This document shows, one piece after another, positions 1 to 10,334 of a stretch of DNA of 32,000 bases. Position 1 is the first letter of the stretch, and each line of letters starts with the position of its first letter. The position numbers were made by a program, and so were the translations under genes. The notes beneath the pieces were generated by a model. The model was not told the origin of the DNA and did not search any database. It was given only the letters and a program-made list of their open reading frames with translations. The DNA comes from Mycobacterium tuberculosis H37Rv (GTDB lineage: Bacteria > Actinomycetota > Actinomycetes > Mycobacteriales > Mycobacteriaceae). Location: assembly GCF_000195955.2 (NCBI RefSeq), contig NC_000962.3, positions 1,620,001 to 1,652,000 on the forward strand, written 5' to 3'.

Positions 1-2091
1 CGCGGCGCCGAAGAGTTCGTGGAGGTCAGCTGGGACGAGTTGATCGAGCTGCTGGCTTCCGAGCTGCGCCGTACCGTCGACCGCTACGGCAACGAGGCGA
101 TCTATGGCAGCTCCTACGGCTGGGCCAGCGCCGGACGGTTCCACCACGCGCAAAGCCAGGTGCACCGGTTCCTCAACATGCTCGGCGGGTACACCGCATC
201 CCGGCACAGCTACAGCGCCGGCGCGTCCGAAGTGATCTTCCCGCATATCGTCGGCGCGGCCCTGTTCGAAGCCCTGGCCGAGACCACGACCTGGGATGTC
301 ATCGTCGACCACACCGCGCTGTTGGTGGCGTTCGGCGGATTGCCGGTGAAGAACACCGCGGTGATGCCCGGCGGTACCACCGCTCATCCGGACCGCGACT
401 ACGTCGGCCGGTACCGGGCTCGCGGCGGTCGGCTGGTGTCGGTCAGCCCGCTACGTGACGACATCGCCGCGATCGCCGGTCCGCTCGACGATCGATGTCG
501 CTGGCTTGCGCCGGTGCCTGGCACCGATGTGGCGATCATGCTCGGGCTGGCATACGTGCTGGCCACCGAGTCGCTGGCCGATCGCGCGTTCCTTGGCAGG
601 TATTGCACCGGCTACGAACGCTTCGAGCGCTACCTGCTGGGCCTGGATGATGGGATTCCCAAGACACCCGAATGGGCCGCCGCGCTGTCCGGGCTCGCCG
701 CCGGCGATCTGCGAGATCTGGCCCGCCGGATGGCCGAGCACCGGACTCTGATCACCACCAGTCTGTCGTTACAGCGGATAGAGCACGGCGAGCAGACCGT
801 GTGGATGGCCGCGACCCTAGCGGCGATGCTGGGCCAGATCGGGCTTCCCGGAGGGGGTTTCGGTCACGGCTACAGCAGCAACGGCGTCGGCAACCCGCCG
901 TTGGCGTGCGGCCTGCCGGCATTGCCGCAAGGCAACAATCCGGTGTCGACGTTCATTCCGGTGGCGGCGATCAGTGAGCTGCTGCAGCGGCCCGGCCAGC
1001 GGCTGGCCTACAACGGCCGATTGCTGGAGCTGCCCGACATCAAGTGCGTCTACTGGGCCGGTGGAAATCCGTTCCACCACCACCAGAACCTGCCGCGGCT
1101 GCGTCGTGCACTGTCTCGGGTAGACACGATCGTGGTACACGAACAGTATTGGACCGCGATGGCCAAACACGCCGACATTGTGGTGCCAACCACCACCAGT
1201 TTCGAGCGCGACGACTTCGCCGCCAGCAAGACCAATCCCACCTTGATCGCAATGCCTGCGATGGTGCCGCCGTATGCCAACGCCCGCGACGACTACCACA
1301 CGTTCTCCGCGTTGGCCCACCGGCTGGGGTTCGGCAAGCAATTCACCGAGGGCCGCAGCGCGCGCGAGTGGCTCGAGCACATGTACGACAAGTGGTCGGC
1401 CGAGCTGGATTTCCCGGTGCCGTCATTCGCCGAATTCTGGCGGACCGGCCGGCTGGAACTACCGACCAGAACCGGTTTGACGTGGCTTGCCGATTTCCGG
1501 GCCGACCCGGCGGCCCATCCGTTGGGGACACCCAGCGGGCGGATCGAGATCTTCTCGGACACGGTCGACGCGTTTGCCTTGCCGGACTGTGCCGGGCACC
1601 CCACCTGGTATGAACCGTCCGAATGGCTAGGCGGGCCGCGGGCCGCGCGCTACCCGCTGCATCTGATCGCCAACCAGCCGCGGACCCGACTGCACAGCCA
1701 GCTCGATCACGGCGGCGCCAGCATGGCATCGAAAATCCGTGGACGAGAACCGATCCGGATTCACCCGGATGACGCCGCGGCCCGTGAGCTTACTGACGGC
1801 GACATCGTGCGCGTGTTCAACGACCGCGGCGCCTGCCTGGCGGGTGTGGTGATCGACGACGGGCTACGGCCCAAGGTGGTGCAACTGTCCACCGGTGCGT
1901 GGTTCGATCCCGCCGATCCGCGCGACCCGGACTCGATGTGTGTGCACGGCAATCCCAATGCGCTGAGCAACGATTCCGGCACGTCGTCACTGGCCCACGG
2001 CAGCACCGGCCAGCATGTCTTGGTCCAGATCGAGAGGTTCACTGGCGAACTGCCGCCGGTGCGCGCCCACGAGCCACCGCGGCTGGCTTAG
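1..2091 (+). CDS. bisC: Molybdopterin oxidoreductase of the biotin-sulfoxide/TMAO reductase family (Rv1442-like); 5' end cut by the window edge
   Basis: Frame 1 is open from base 1 to TAG 2089-2091. The GTG at 19 is only the first start-like codon in the ORF track. The 690-aa translation looks like a DMSO-reductase family protein (WASAGRFHHAQSQVHRFLN, YWAGGNPFHHHQN, C-terminal VHGNPNALSNDSGTSSLAHGSTGQ). The family call is from motif memory. Confidence 0.85.
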   Translation, partial: RGAEEFVEVSWDELIELLASELRRTVDRYGNEAIYGSSYGWASAGRFHHAQSQVHRFLNMLGGYTASRHSYSAGASEVIFPHIVGAALFEALAETTTWDVIVDHTALLVAFGGLPVKNTAVMPGGTTAHPDRDYVGRYRARGGRLVSVSPLRDDIAAIAGPLDDRCRWLAPVPGTDVAIMLGLAYVLATESLADRAFLGRYCTGYERFERYLLGLDDGIPKTPEWAAALSGLAAGDLRDLARRMAEHRTLITTSLSLQRIEHGEQTVWMAATLAAMLGQIGLPGGGFGHGYSSNGVGNPPLACGLPALPQGNNPVSTFIPVAAISELLQRPGQRLAYNGRLLELPDIKCVYWAGGNPFHHHQNLPRLRRALSRVDTIVVHEQYWTAMAKHADIVVPTTTSFERDDFAASKTNPTLIAMPAMVPPYANARDDYHTFSALAHRLGFGKQFTEGRSAREWLEHMYDKWSAELDFPVPSFAEFWRTGRLELPTRTGLTWLADFRADPAAHPLGTPSGRIEIFSDTVDAFALPDCAGHPTWYEPSEWLGGPRAARYPLHLIANQPRTRLHSQLDHGGASMASKIRGREPIRIHPDDAAARELTDGDIVRVFNDRGACLAGVVIDDGLRPKVVQLSTGAWFDPADPRDPDSMCVHGNPNALSNDSGTSSLAHGSTGQHVLVQIERFTGELPPVRAHEPPRLA

Positions 2092-2206
2092 CGCCGGACG
2101 TCGACTTGTTGGGCGCGAAACGCCGCAATGGACCGAACGACTCGACGTAAGTGTGCCCTGCTGGTGTCGGCTCGAGTCGCAGCACGGGTGAGCACCACGT
2201 GCGCCA

Positions 2207-2692
2207 CTAGCCCTGAGCGAAGTGTCGCTGCAACCGCCGGTGCCGATGACCGAAGAGCGCGCGCAACCCTGCCGCGATGAGCGGCGCGGCAAACCTGAGT
2301 CCGGCACGCGTCTGGAACGTGATGCGGTCGCGGACAATCGTTTTCGTGTCACCCTCGGGCGTCACGGTGCGTTCGTGCTGCCATTGCCGCATGCTCAGCA
2401 TCGTCGAATCCTCGCGAAACCGCCGTCCCGGCTCGAGCTCGGCGATGCTGAGCCGGTCATAGTCGAATGGCAACACACCGAACAGTCGCAGCCAGGCACG
2501 TCCGATCGGCGCGCCGATCGGCACCGTGTCGACGGTCATCCCTTTCGCGCCGCGAGGCACCGACATCGTCATCCAGGGGCGCAACTCATCGTTGATGCCC
2601 TCCGGGGTGACGACCCGTTGCCACACCTGCTCGGCAGGTGCGGCGACGACGCTTTGCCGTTCAATGAGCACCGGTTCAGCGTATCCGACCAC
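2207..2692 (-). CDS. Conserved hypothetical protein, probable SRPBCC/START-like fold (Rv1443c-like)
   Basis: 161-aa ORF with GTG start at 2692 and TAG stop at 2207-2209. It is the only long ORF with GC-rich third positions here. The N-terminus (ERQSVVAAPAEQVWQRVVTPEGINDELRPWM) resembles SRPBCC ligand-binding proteins. The fold assignment is tentative. Confidence 0.75.
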   Translation of the reverse strand: MVGYAEPVLIERQSVVAAPAEQVWQRVVTPEGINDELRPWMTMSVPRGAKGMTVDTVPIGAPIGRAWLRLFGVLPFDYDRLSIAELEPGRRFREDSTMLSMRQWQHERTVTPEGDTKTIVRDRITFQTRAGLRFAAPLIAAGLRALFGHRHRRLQRHFAQG

Positions 2693-3123
2693 GCGGCGCG
2701 GTGGGGCTACGTCTCCCTCGCCTCGGTGGCTGCCTAAAGGCCGTTCCGTCCCGGGTTGAGTTCTGCGATGCAGAGGTGGCAGATCGTCAATGCGGGCGAG
2801 AATTTGTTCCGGCCTCTGTTGATGCGGGTGACATCGGAAGGTGTGGGTAAAGGGATCAGCCCGAGATCATGCAATCACTGTCCTGACAACCAGATTCAGC
2901 ACGGCCTGGTAATCGACAGGATTCTGGGACTATCAGACTCCAGCATCACGGTTCTCACCCGGGCCCAGGTCGAGGCGATGGTCGCGGCGCTGCCGCGAAG
3001 CTACTGATTCCGCGCAGCTGCTCTGTCAGGGCCGCTGACTTTTCTCTCGGTCATCGTGGTCGCAGGCGCCGCACTCGGTGTCTTCGGGTGGGGAAGCGCG
3101 ACCTCGAAGGCCACTGAAACGCC

Positions 3124-3264
3124 TTACGGAGACGCGACGAACCAAATGCCGACGAATACGGCGAGGCCGGTGGCTACCGGGAGCCTGCCACAGAGGATCG
3201 CCCAACCTGCCCAGATCGTTGCCTGGCCGAGGAACATCGGGTTCCGCGAGAACGCGTAGGGACC
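3124..3264 (-). pseudogene. Relic of the C-terminal part of an isoprenylcysteine carboxyl / phospholipid methyltransferase (ICMT/PEMT) family gene
   Basis: Minus-strand translation of 3264..3127 gives GPYAFSRNPMFLGQATIWAGWAILCGSLPVATGLAVFVGIWFVASP, then TAA (3124-3126). GPYxxxRNPMY/FLG followed by a hydrophobic helix is the signature segment of ICMT/PEMT enzymes. There is no usable start codon, and upstream in-frame stops lie near 3372-3390. It is absent from the ORF track because it is short. Confidence 0.45.
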
Positions 3265-3286
3265 TCCAGCTCCTCGATGACCCGCC

Positions 3287-3697
3287 TCAGTTCGTCGGCT
3301 CGTGCACGGTCCGGTTTCGGAGCCGGTCCAACACGCCGCGAACCGCGTGCTCGGTGACCGACAGCGGTGACATCACCGTTTCGCCGAGGCTCACGATGTA
3401 GTCGATCCGATCGACGATGGCTTCCACCGGCTCGACCAACACGATGAGCCGTTTCGCGAGATCGTCCAGGCTGTGCAGGGTACCTTCGAGATGGTCCAGA
3501 CCGTCCTCCAAGCGCTCCACGGTGCTGTTCAGCTGTGACAGCGAGCTGTTCAGCTCGGCCATGGTCTTACCCAGACCGTCCAGGACGTCTTCGACCTGCT
3601 CCACCGTCTTGTCGGCGTTCAATGCGGCCTGGGTGAGGGTTTTCATTCGCCGTCGCACGGGCGCGGGGCGGCCGCTTCTGTCTGCCATGACGGTCAT
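3287..3697 (-). CDS. Conserved hypothetical protein, predicted coiled-coil (Rv1444c-like)
   Basis: 136-aa ORF with ATG at 3695-3697 and TGA at 3287-3289. It has heptad-like L/E/D-rich repeats (VEQVEDVLDGLGKTMAELNSSLSQLNSTVERLEDGLDHLEGTLHSLDDLAKRL). I recognise no enzymatic motif. Confidence 0.7.
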   Translation of the reverse strand: MTVMADRSGRPAPVRRRMKTLTQAALNADKTVEQVEDVLDGLGKTMAELNSSLSQLNSTVERLEDGLDHLEGTLHSLDDLAKRLIVLVEPVEAIVDRIDYIVSLGETVMSPLSVTEHAVRGVLDRLRNRTVHEPTN

Positions 3698-3713
3698 TAT
3701 GACCCTGACGCGG

Positions 3714-4457
3714 TTAACTCGGAAGCTTGGCGGCGGCGTCGCGGTCCAGCAGCCAGAGCGTGTTCTGACGCCCGACGGCCCCGGCCGCCGGTACCGAAAC
3801 CGGATCGGCGCCGCCGATGGCCGCGGCCACGGCGTCGGCCTTACCCGGCCCGGAAACCAGCAGCCACACCTCGCGGGAACGCTGAATCGCCGGCAGGGTC
3901 AAGGTGATTCGGCGTGGCGGCGGTTTCGGCGAGTCGTCGACCGCCACCACCATGCGGGTGCTCTCGAGGACGGCGGGGCTGTGCGGGAACAGCGAGTTAA
4001 TGTGGCCCTCGGGCCCCATGCCCAGCAGGTGGACGTCGAAATTCGGCGCCGGGTCACCTGGTGCGGCACTGGCGGCCAGCACCTGTTCGTAGGCCAGGGC
4101 CGCGGCGTCCAGATCGCCGCCGAAGTCACCATCACTGGCGGCCATCGGGTGCACCTGGTTCGATGGAATGTCGACGTGATTGAGCAACGCCCGCCGGGCC
4201 TGCTTGAGATTGCGCTCGTCATCGTCTTCGGGAACGTAGCGTTCGTCGCCCCAGAACAGGTGCACCTTGGACCATTCAATCTGCTGTGCTTGGGCGCTGA
4301 GGTAGCGCAGAAGCGCAATCCCGTTGCCGCCCCCGGTCAGCACGATCAGCGCCTGCCCTCTGGCCGCCACCGCGGCCCCGATGGCGCCAACCAAGCGCTT
4401 ACCCGCGGCCGCGACCAGAATGTCGCTATCGGGGAAGATCTCGATGCTACTGCTCAC
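3714..4457 (-). CDS. devB: 6-phosphogluconolactonase
   Basis: Motifs seen: [35 protein letters not shown] chose the GTG at 4455-4457 (VSSSIEIF...) because it overlaps the opcA stop as GTGA (4454-4457). The track's 4541 start would run 88 nt into opcA. Confidence 0.88.
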
Positions 4458-5365
4458 CGGTACTGCACCTTCTTGATTCCCTCGAGCGCGGCGCAGTAGA
4501 TTTCGTCGGGGTCCAGCCGGCGCAGGTCTTCGGCTAGGCACTCACCGGTTACCCTGCGCGCCAAAGGAACCAGAGCGTCGGGCTTGCCCGTCCGGGTCAG
4601 GGTGGCCGTGATTCCCTCCTGGGGACGGCTTAGCACGATGGTCTCGCTGTTGCGCACCAGCTCGACTTTGAGTTCGCCGACCGCCCGTCGCACCGGACCT
4701 TCGATCCGGCTGGCTAGCCAGCCGGCTAGGACGTCGAGCGCCGGTTCGGTCTTCAAGCCGGACACCAGCGCCGACTCGATCGGCTCGTGTCGCGGCTGGT
4801 CGACGGCCGACGTGAGCAGCGCACGCCAATAGGTGATGCGGCTCCAGGCCAGATCGGTGTCGCCGGCGCCGTAGCCGGCTAGCCGGCTCTTGATGGCCGA
4901 CAGCGGGTCGATTGCGTTGGTGGCGTCGGTGATGCGCCGAATTGCTAACTTGCCCAACGCATCCTGTGCTGGCACCGCCGGTGCGATGTCGGGCCACCAC
5001 GCCACCACCGGGATGTCGGGCAGCAGGAAGGGGATAACGACGCTGTCGGCGTGGCCGGCCAGTGGCCCGGACAGCCGCAGCACCACAAACTCGCCGGCGC
5101 CGGCGTCAGCGCCGACCCGCAGTTGTGCGTCCAGCCGCGGTCTGTCGGCGTACGGATCGCCCCGCATCGTTACGATGATGCGGCTGGGATGCTCATGGCT
5201 GGCGTCGTTGGCCGCCTCGATGGACTCTTCCAGCATGGCTTCGCTGTCCGGCGCAATGATGAGCGTGAGTACCCGGCCCATCGCGACGGCGCCGATCTTT
5301 TCGCGCAGCTCGTCGAGCTTCTTGTTGACCGCGGTGGTGGTGGTGTCGGGCAAGTCGACAATCAT
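4454..5365 (-). CDS. opcA: Glucose-6-phosphate dehydrogenase assembly protein OpcA
   Basis: 303-aa ORF directly downstream of zwf on the same strand. ATG at 5363-5365, TGA at 4454-4456. Position and sequence are typical of actinobacterial OpcA. Confidence 0.9.
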
Positions 5366-5418
5366 CTGCGCCGCTCCTCCTCATCGCTTCGCTCTGCATC
5401 GTCGCCGGCGCGGATCAC
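5362..5418 (-). repeat. Single MIRU-type interspersed repeat unit filling the zwf2-opcA junction; it encodes an 18-codon mini-ORF
   Basis: The minus strand reads GTGATCCGCGCCGGCGACGATGCAGAGCGAAGCGATGAGGAGGAGCGGCGCAGATGA. This is near-identical to the 53-bp units at 24250-24366. Its GTG shares one base with the zwf2 TAG stop (5418). Its TGA overlaps the opcA ATG as ATGA (5362-5365). Confidence 0.85.
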
Positions 5419-6962
5419 TATGGCCGCCGCCATTCCCGGCCGGTGCGGCGCAGCATCTCCAAGGATGATTCCGGACCCCAGGTACCTGCCTCGTAGGCGT
5501 CGGGCGTCCCGTGTGCCGCCCAATGTTCCAACGCTGGATCGAGGATCTCCCACGCCAGTTCGACCTCCGCGTTGACCGGAAACAGCGAGGGCTCGCCGAG
5601 CAGGACGTCGAGGATGAGCCGCTCGTAGGCCTCCGGTGAATCTTCGGCGAATGCCGAGCCGTAGGAGAAGTCCATGTTGACGTCGCGGACTTCCATGGCG
5701 GTGCCCGGCACCTTGGAGCCGAACCGCAATGTGACACCTTCGTCGGGCTGCACGCGGATGACCATCGCGTTGGTGCCCAGCTCGTCGGTCATGGTGGCGT
5801 CGAACGGCAGATGCGGCGCCCGCCTGAAGACCAGAGCGATCTCGGTCACCCGGCGGCCCAATCGTTTTCCCGTTCGCAGATAGAACGGCACGCCGGCCCA
5901 CCGGCGCGTATCGACTTCCAGGGTGATAGCGGCGAAGGTTTCGGTGGTGGAGTCCTCGGCGAACCCCTCCTCGTCGAGCAGCCCAACCACCTTCTCCCCG
6001 CCTTGCCAGCCGGCGGCGTACTGGCCGCGGCTGGTGGTCTGGTCGAGTGGCTCGGCAAGGCGGGTGGCCGAGAGCACCTTGATCTTCTCGGCCTGCAACG
6101 CTGCCGGGTGGAAGCTGACCGGCTCCTCCATCGCGGTCAGCGCCAGCAGCTGCATGAGATGGTTCTGGATGACATCGCGGGCCGCGCCGATGCCGTCGTA
6201 ATAGCCCGCGCGCCCGCCCAGGCCGATGTCTTCGGCCATGGTGATCTGTACGTGGTCGACGTAGTGCGCATTCCAGATCGGGTCGAACAGCTGGTTGGCG
6301 AACCGCAGCGCCAGGATGTTCTGCACCGTCTCTTTGCCCAGGTAGTGGTCGATGCGGAAGACCGCTTCCTCCGGGAAGACCGCGTTGACCGCCTTGTTCA
6401 GCTCGCGTGCGCTGGCCAGGTCGTGGCCGAACGGCTTCTCTATCACGACTCGGCTCCACCGGTCGCCTTGCGGGCGGGCCAGGCCGGACTTGTGCAGCTG
6501 CTCACACACCACCGGGAAGGATTTGGGCGGGATCGCCAGGTAGAAGGCGTGGTTGCCGCCGGTGCCGCGCTCGGCGTCGAGCTTCTCCAGCGTCTCGGCG
6601 AGTTGGGCGAACGCGTCGTCGTCGTCGAAAGTGCCTGGCACAAAACGGAATCCCTCGGCCAGCCGGTCCCAGTTCTGTTGCCGAAACGGTGTTCGGCAGT
6701 GCTCTTGGACGGCGTTGTACACCACTTGACCGAAATCCTGGGTGCTCCAGTCTCGGCGGGCAAACCCCACCAGCGAGAATGTGGGCGGCAGCAGGCCGCG
6801 GTTGGCCAAATCGTAGACGGCCGGCATCACCTTCTTGCGGGCCAGGTCGCCGGTGACGCCGAAAATCACCATGCCGCACGGGCCGGCGATTCTGGGTAAT
6901 CGCTTGTCCCGCTTGTCTCGTAGCGGGTTGCGCCACGACGCCGCGGCGTGGGCCGGTTTCAT
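5418..6962 (-). CDS. zwf2: Glucose-6-phosphate 1-dehydrogenase
   Basis: 514-aa ORF with the NADP-binding [10 protein letters not shown] motif and the G6PD signature RIDHYLGKE. The ATG at 6960-6962 overlaps the tal stop as ATGA. Confidence 0.95.
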
Positions 6963-8080
6963 TGGGCAGCGGTGTCGAGATGCGCCCGGGTTTCCTGGAG
7001 TAGCTCGTTCCAGGAGGCCTCGAACTTCCGCACGCCTTCCTCCTCGAGGACGGCAAACACGTCGGTGAGGTCGATGCCGATCGCCCCCAGCTGGTCGAAC
7101 ACCGCCTGGGCATCGGATGCAGTTCCGGTGACCGTGTCGCCTTGGATCACGCCATGATCAGCGACGGCGTCAATTGTCTTTTCCGGCATAGTGTTCACGG
7201 TGTGTGGGGCGACCAACTCGGTGACGTAGAGGGTGTCCGAGTAATCGGGGTTCTTCACGCCGGTGGAAGCCCACAACGGGCGCTGGACCCGGGCGCCGTC
7301 GACCTTGAGGGACCGATAACGATCGCTGTCTTCGAAGACCTCCCGGTAGGTGGCATAGGCCAGGCGGGCATTGGCGACACCGGCCTGGCCGCGCAGTTCG
7401 AGCGCTTGCCGCGAGCCGATTCTGTCCAGCCGCTTGTCGATTTCGGTGTCCACCCGGGAGACGAAAAACGATGCCACCGAATGGATCTTGGACAGGCTGT
7501 GTCCGGCTTGCCGGGCCTTTTCCATCCCGGTCAGGTAGGCGTCCATCACCTCGCGGTACCGCTGCACGGAGAAGATCAGCGTAACGTTGACCGAAATCCC
7601 TTCCGCCAGAACGGCACTGATGGCGGGCAGACCGGCCTTAGTGGCCGGGATCTTGATGAAAAGGTTCGGCCGGTCGACGATCTTCCACAGCTCGATTGCC
7701 TGTTGGATCGTTTTTTCGGTTTCGTGTGCCAGCCGCGGGTCGACCTCGATCGACACCCGGCCGTCGACCCCGTCGGAGTCCTCCCACTGGGGGACCAGCA
7801 CGTCGCACGCGCTGCGCACGTCGTCAGTGGTGACGGTGCGGATGGTGGCATCCACGTCGGCGCCGCGCGCGGCCAGCTCGGCGATCTGGGCGTCGTAGGT
7901 GTGGCCCTCCGACAGCGCCTTCTGAAAGATCGACGGGTTGGTGGTCACCCCGACGACGCTCTTGGTGTCGATCAGCTCCTGCAGATTGCCCGAGCGCAGC
8001 CGGTCCCGCGACAGGTCATCCAGCCACACCGATACCCCCGCGGCGCTCAATGCGGCCAGGTTGGGGTTCTGAGCGGTCAT
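6959..8080 (-). CDS. tal: Transaldolase
   Basis: 373-aa ORF with GVTTNPSIF and the active-site region [11 protein letters not shown] at 8078-8080 is preceded by GGAAGGGTGA on the coding strand. Confidence 0.95.
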
Positions 8081-8096
8081 CGGTAATCACCCTTCC

Positions 8097-10199
8097 TCAG
8101 TTATCCAGCGCTCGTTCGGCGGCGGCGGCCACGGCCTCGGCAGTGAAGCCGTACTCGCGGAACAAGGTCTTGTGGTCCGCGGATTCGCCGTAGTGCTCGA
8201 TCGAGACGATCTCGCCCGTGTCGCCAACCAGCTGGTGCCAGCATTGCGCGACGCCGGCTTCGACGGCCACCCGCGCCGACACCGTCGGGGGCAGCACCGC
8301 GTCGCGGTACTCGTAGGGTTGGGCCTCGAACCACTCCAGGCACGGCATCGACACCACCCGAGCGAGGATGTCGTTGTCCGCCAGCAACGTCTGCGCCGCG
8401 ACCGCCAGCTGCACCTCCGAGCCGGTGGCGATGAGAATGACGTCGGGTTCCTCGCCCGGTTGCAGACCACCGGCGTCACTCAGCACGTAACCGCCGCGGG
8501 CAACCCCCTCGGCGTCGGTGCCGTCCAGCACCGGCACACCCTGGCGGGTCAGGATCAACCCGACCGGCCCGCTGCCGTTGCGGCGGGCCAGGATCGTGCG
8601 CCAGGCGTAGGCTGTCTCGTTGGCATCTGCCGGGCGCACCACCGACAGCCGGGGGATCGCGCGCAGCGCCGAGAGGTGCTCGATCGGTTGATGGGTGGGC
8701 CCGTCTTCGCCGAGGCCGATCGAGTCGTGCGTCCAGACGTAGATGGTGTCGATGTCCATCAACGCCGCCAGCCGCACCGCCGGGCGCATGTAGTCGGAGA
8801 ACTGCAGGAAGGTGCCGCCGTAAGCCCGGGTGGGTCCGTGCAGCACGATGCCGGACAGGATGGCACCCATCGCGTGCTCGCGAACACCGAAGTGCAAGGT
8901 GCGACCATACCAGTGCGCGGTGTACTCCTTGGTGGAAATCGAGGGCGGGCCAAAGGAGTCGGCGCCCTTTATCGTTGTGTTGTTGCTGCCCGCCAGGTCG
9001 GCCGAACCGCCCCACAACTCGGGCAGTTTCGGCCCGAGCGCGGACAGCACCGCACCCGAGGCCGCACGGGTGGCCAGCGCCTTGGACCCCGGTTCCCAGT
9101 GGGGCAAGTCGGCGTCCCAGCCGTCGGGCAACTTCTGCGCGAGCAGCCGGTCCAGCAGCGCCTTGCGCTCGGGTTCACGCCGCGCCCAGGCATCGAATTC
9201 GAGCTGCCAGCGTTCGTGGGCCTGTTTGCCGCGGGCCACCAGCCCTCGGGTGTGGGTGAGGACGTCCTCGCGGACCTGGAACGTCTTGTCCGGATCGAAG
9301 CCGACGATCTTCTTGACTGCGGCCACCTCGTCGTCGCCCAGCGCCGCGCCGTGCGCCTTGCCGGTGTCCATCAGGTTCGGCGCCGGATAGCCGATGACGG
9401 TGCGCAGCGCGATGAACGAGGGCCGGTCGGTGACCGCCTGCGCATTGGCGATGGCCTCCTCGATGCCGACGACGTTCTCACCGCCCTCAACCTCTTGCAC
9501 GTGCCAGCCGTACGCGCGGTAGCGGGCCGCGGTGTCCTCACACAGCGCGATGTTGGTGTCGTCCTCGATCGAGATCTGGTTGCGGTCGTAGAACACGATG
9601 AGGTTGCCCAGTTGCTGGACCGCGGCCAGCGACGACGCCTCCGAGGTCACCCCTTCTTCGATGTCACCGTCGGAGGCGATGACATAGATGTAGTGGTCGA
9701 AGGGGCTGGCGCCCGGTTCGGCGTCCGGGTCGAACAGGCCGCGCTCGTAGCGCGAGGCCATCGCCATCCCGACCGCCGACGCCAGTCCCTGCCCCAGCGG
9801 GCCGGTGGTGATCTCAACGCCGGGGGTGTGGCGGAACTCCGGGTGTCCGGGGGTCTTGGATCCCCAGGTGCGCAACGACTCAATGTCGGACAGTTCCAGG
9901 CCGAAGCCGCCGAGGTAGAGCTGGATGTAGAGGGTCAGGCTGCTGTGCCCGGCCGACAAAACGAACCGATCGCGGCCCAGCCAGTGTGTGTCGCTGGGAT
10001 CGTGACGCATTGTCCGCTGAAACAGCGTGTAGGCCAACGGAGCCAGGCTCATCGCCGTTCCAGGATGACCGTTGCCGACCTTTTGGACGGCATCGGCGGC
10101 CAATACCCGGATGGTGTCGACGGCAGCCGAATCGATCTCGGTCCAGTAGTCGGGATGGCGCGGTCGGGTAAGCGCGGAGATCTCTTCGAGTGTGGTCAC
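8097..10199 (-). CDS. tkt: Transketolase
   Basis: Motifs seen: [40 protein letters not shown] chose the GTG at 10197-10199 ([13 protein letters not shown]...), which has GAGGA about 9 nt upstream. The 25 extra codons in the track (start 10274) are basic and non-conserved in appearance. Confidence 0.92.
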   Translation of the reverse strand: MTTLEEISALTRPRHPDYWTEIDSAAVDTIRVLAADAVQKVGNGHPGTAMSLAPLAYTLFQRTMRHDPSDTHWLGRDRFVLSAGHSSLTLYIQLYLGGFGLELSDIESLRTWGSKTPGHPEFRHTPGVEITTGPLGQGLASAVGMAMASRYERGLFDPDAEPGASPFDHYIYVIASDGDIEEGVTSEASSLAAVQQLGNLIVFYDRNQISIEDDTNIALCEDTAARYRAYGWHVQEVEGGENVVGIEEAIANAQAVTDRPSFIALRTVIGYPAPNLMDTGKAHGAALGDDEVAAVKKIVGFDPDKTFQVREDVLTHTRGLVARGKQAHERWQLEFDAWARREPERKALLDRLLAQKLPDGWDADLPHWEPGSKALATRAASGAVLSALGPKLPELWGGSADLAGSNNTTIKGADSFGPPSISTKEYTAHWYGRTLHFGVREHAMGAILSGIVLHGPTRAYGGTFLQFSDYMRPAVRLAALMDIDTIYVWTHDSIGLGEDGPTHQPIEHLSALRAIPRLSVVRPADANETAYAWRTILARRNGSGPVGLILTRQGVPVLDGTDAEGVARGGYVLSDAGGLQPGEEPDVILIATGSEVQLAVAAQTLLADNDILARVVSMPCLEWFEAQPYEYRDAVLPPTVSARVAVEAGVAQCWHQLVGDTGEIVSIEHYGESADHKTLFREYGFTAEAVAAAAERALDN

Positions 10200-10334
10200 A
10201 AATTCAGTCCTCGAGTCAGCAAGATGATCAGTCCTCACCCTAGTGCGGGAATCCCGGCGCTTGCAGTGCCGCATATCCGGGTACCCATCCGGGCCCTGTG
10301 AAACGTAACCCGCGCGCTACCCACGCTTCGCATT

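Noticed and set aside
3056-3259. 67-aa plus-strand ORF in the Rv1443c-Rv1444c gap
   Set aside because: It is exactly antisense to the ICMT/PEMT-like fragment, whose motif content is far more convincing. The plus-strand translation has no recognisable features.
10204-10236. 9-bp direct repeat TCAGTCCTC (10204-10212 and 10228-10236) upstream of tkt, reading GAGGACTGA on the coding strand
   Set aside because: The proximal copy is simply the tkt Shine-Dalgarno region. A second 9-mer 24 nt away is within chance expectation, and I see no ORF or structure it would serve.
5362-10301. Large antisense or out-of-frame ORFs over the pentose-phosphate genes (5362-6459 minus, 5811-6899 plus, 7142-8086 plus, 8172-10301 plus)
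   Set aside because: They are Arg/Pro/Gly-rich low-complexity translations typical of wrong-frame reads in high-GC DNA. The annotated frames contain unambiguous Zwf, Tal and Tkt motifs.
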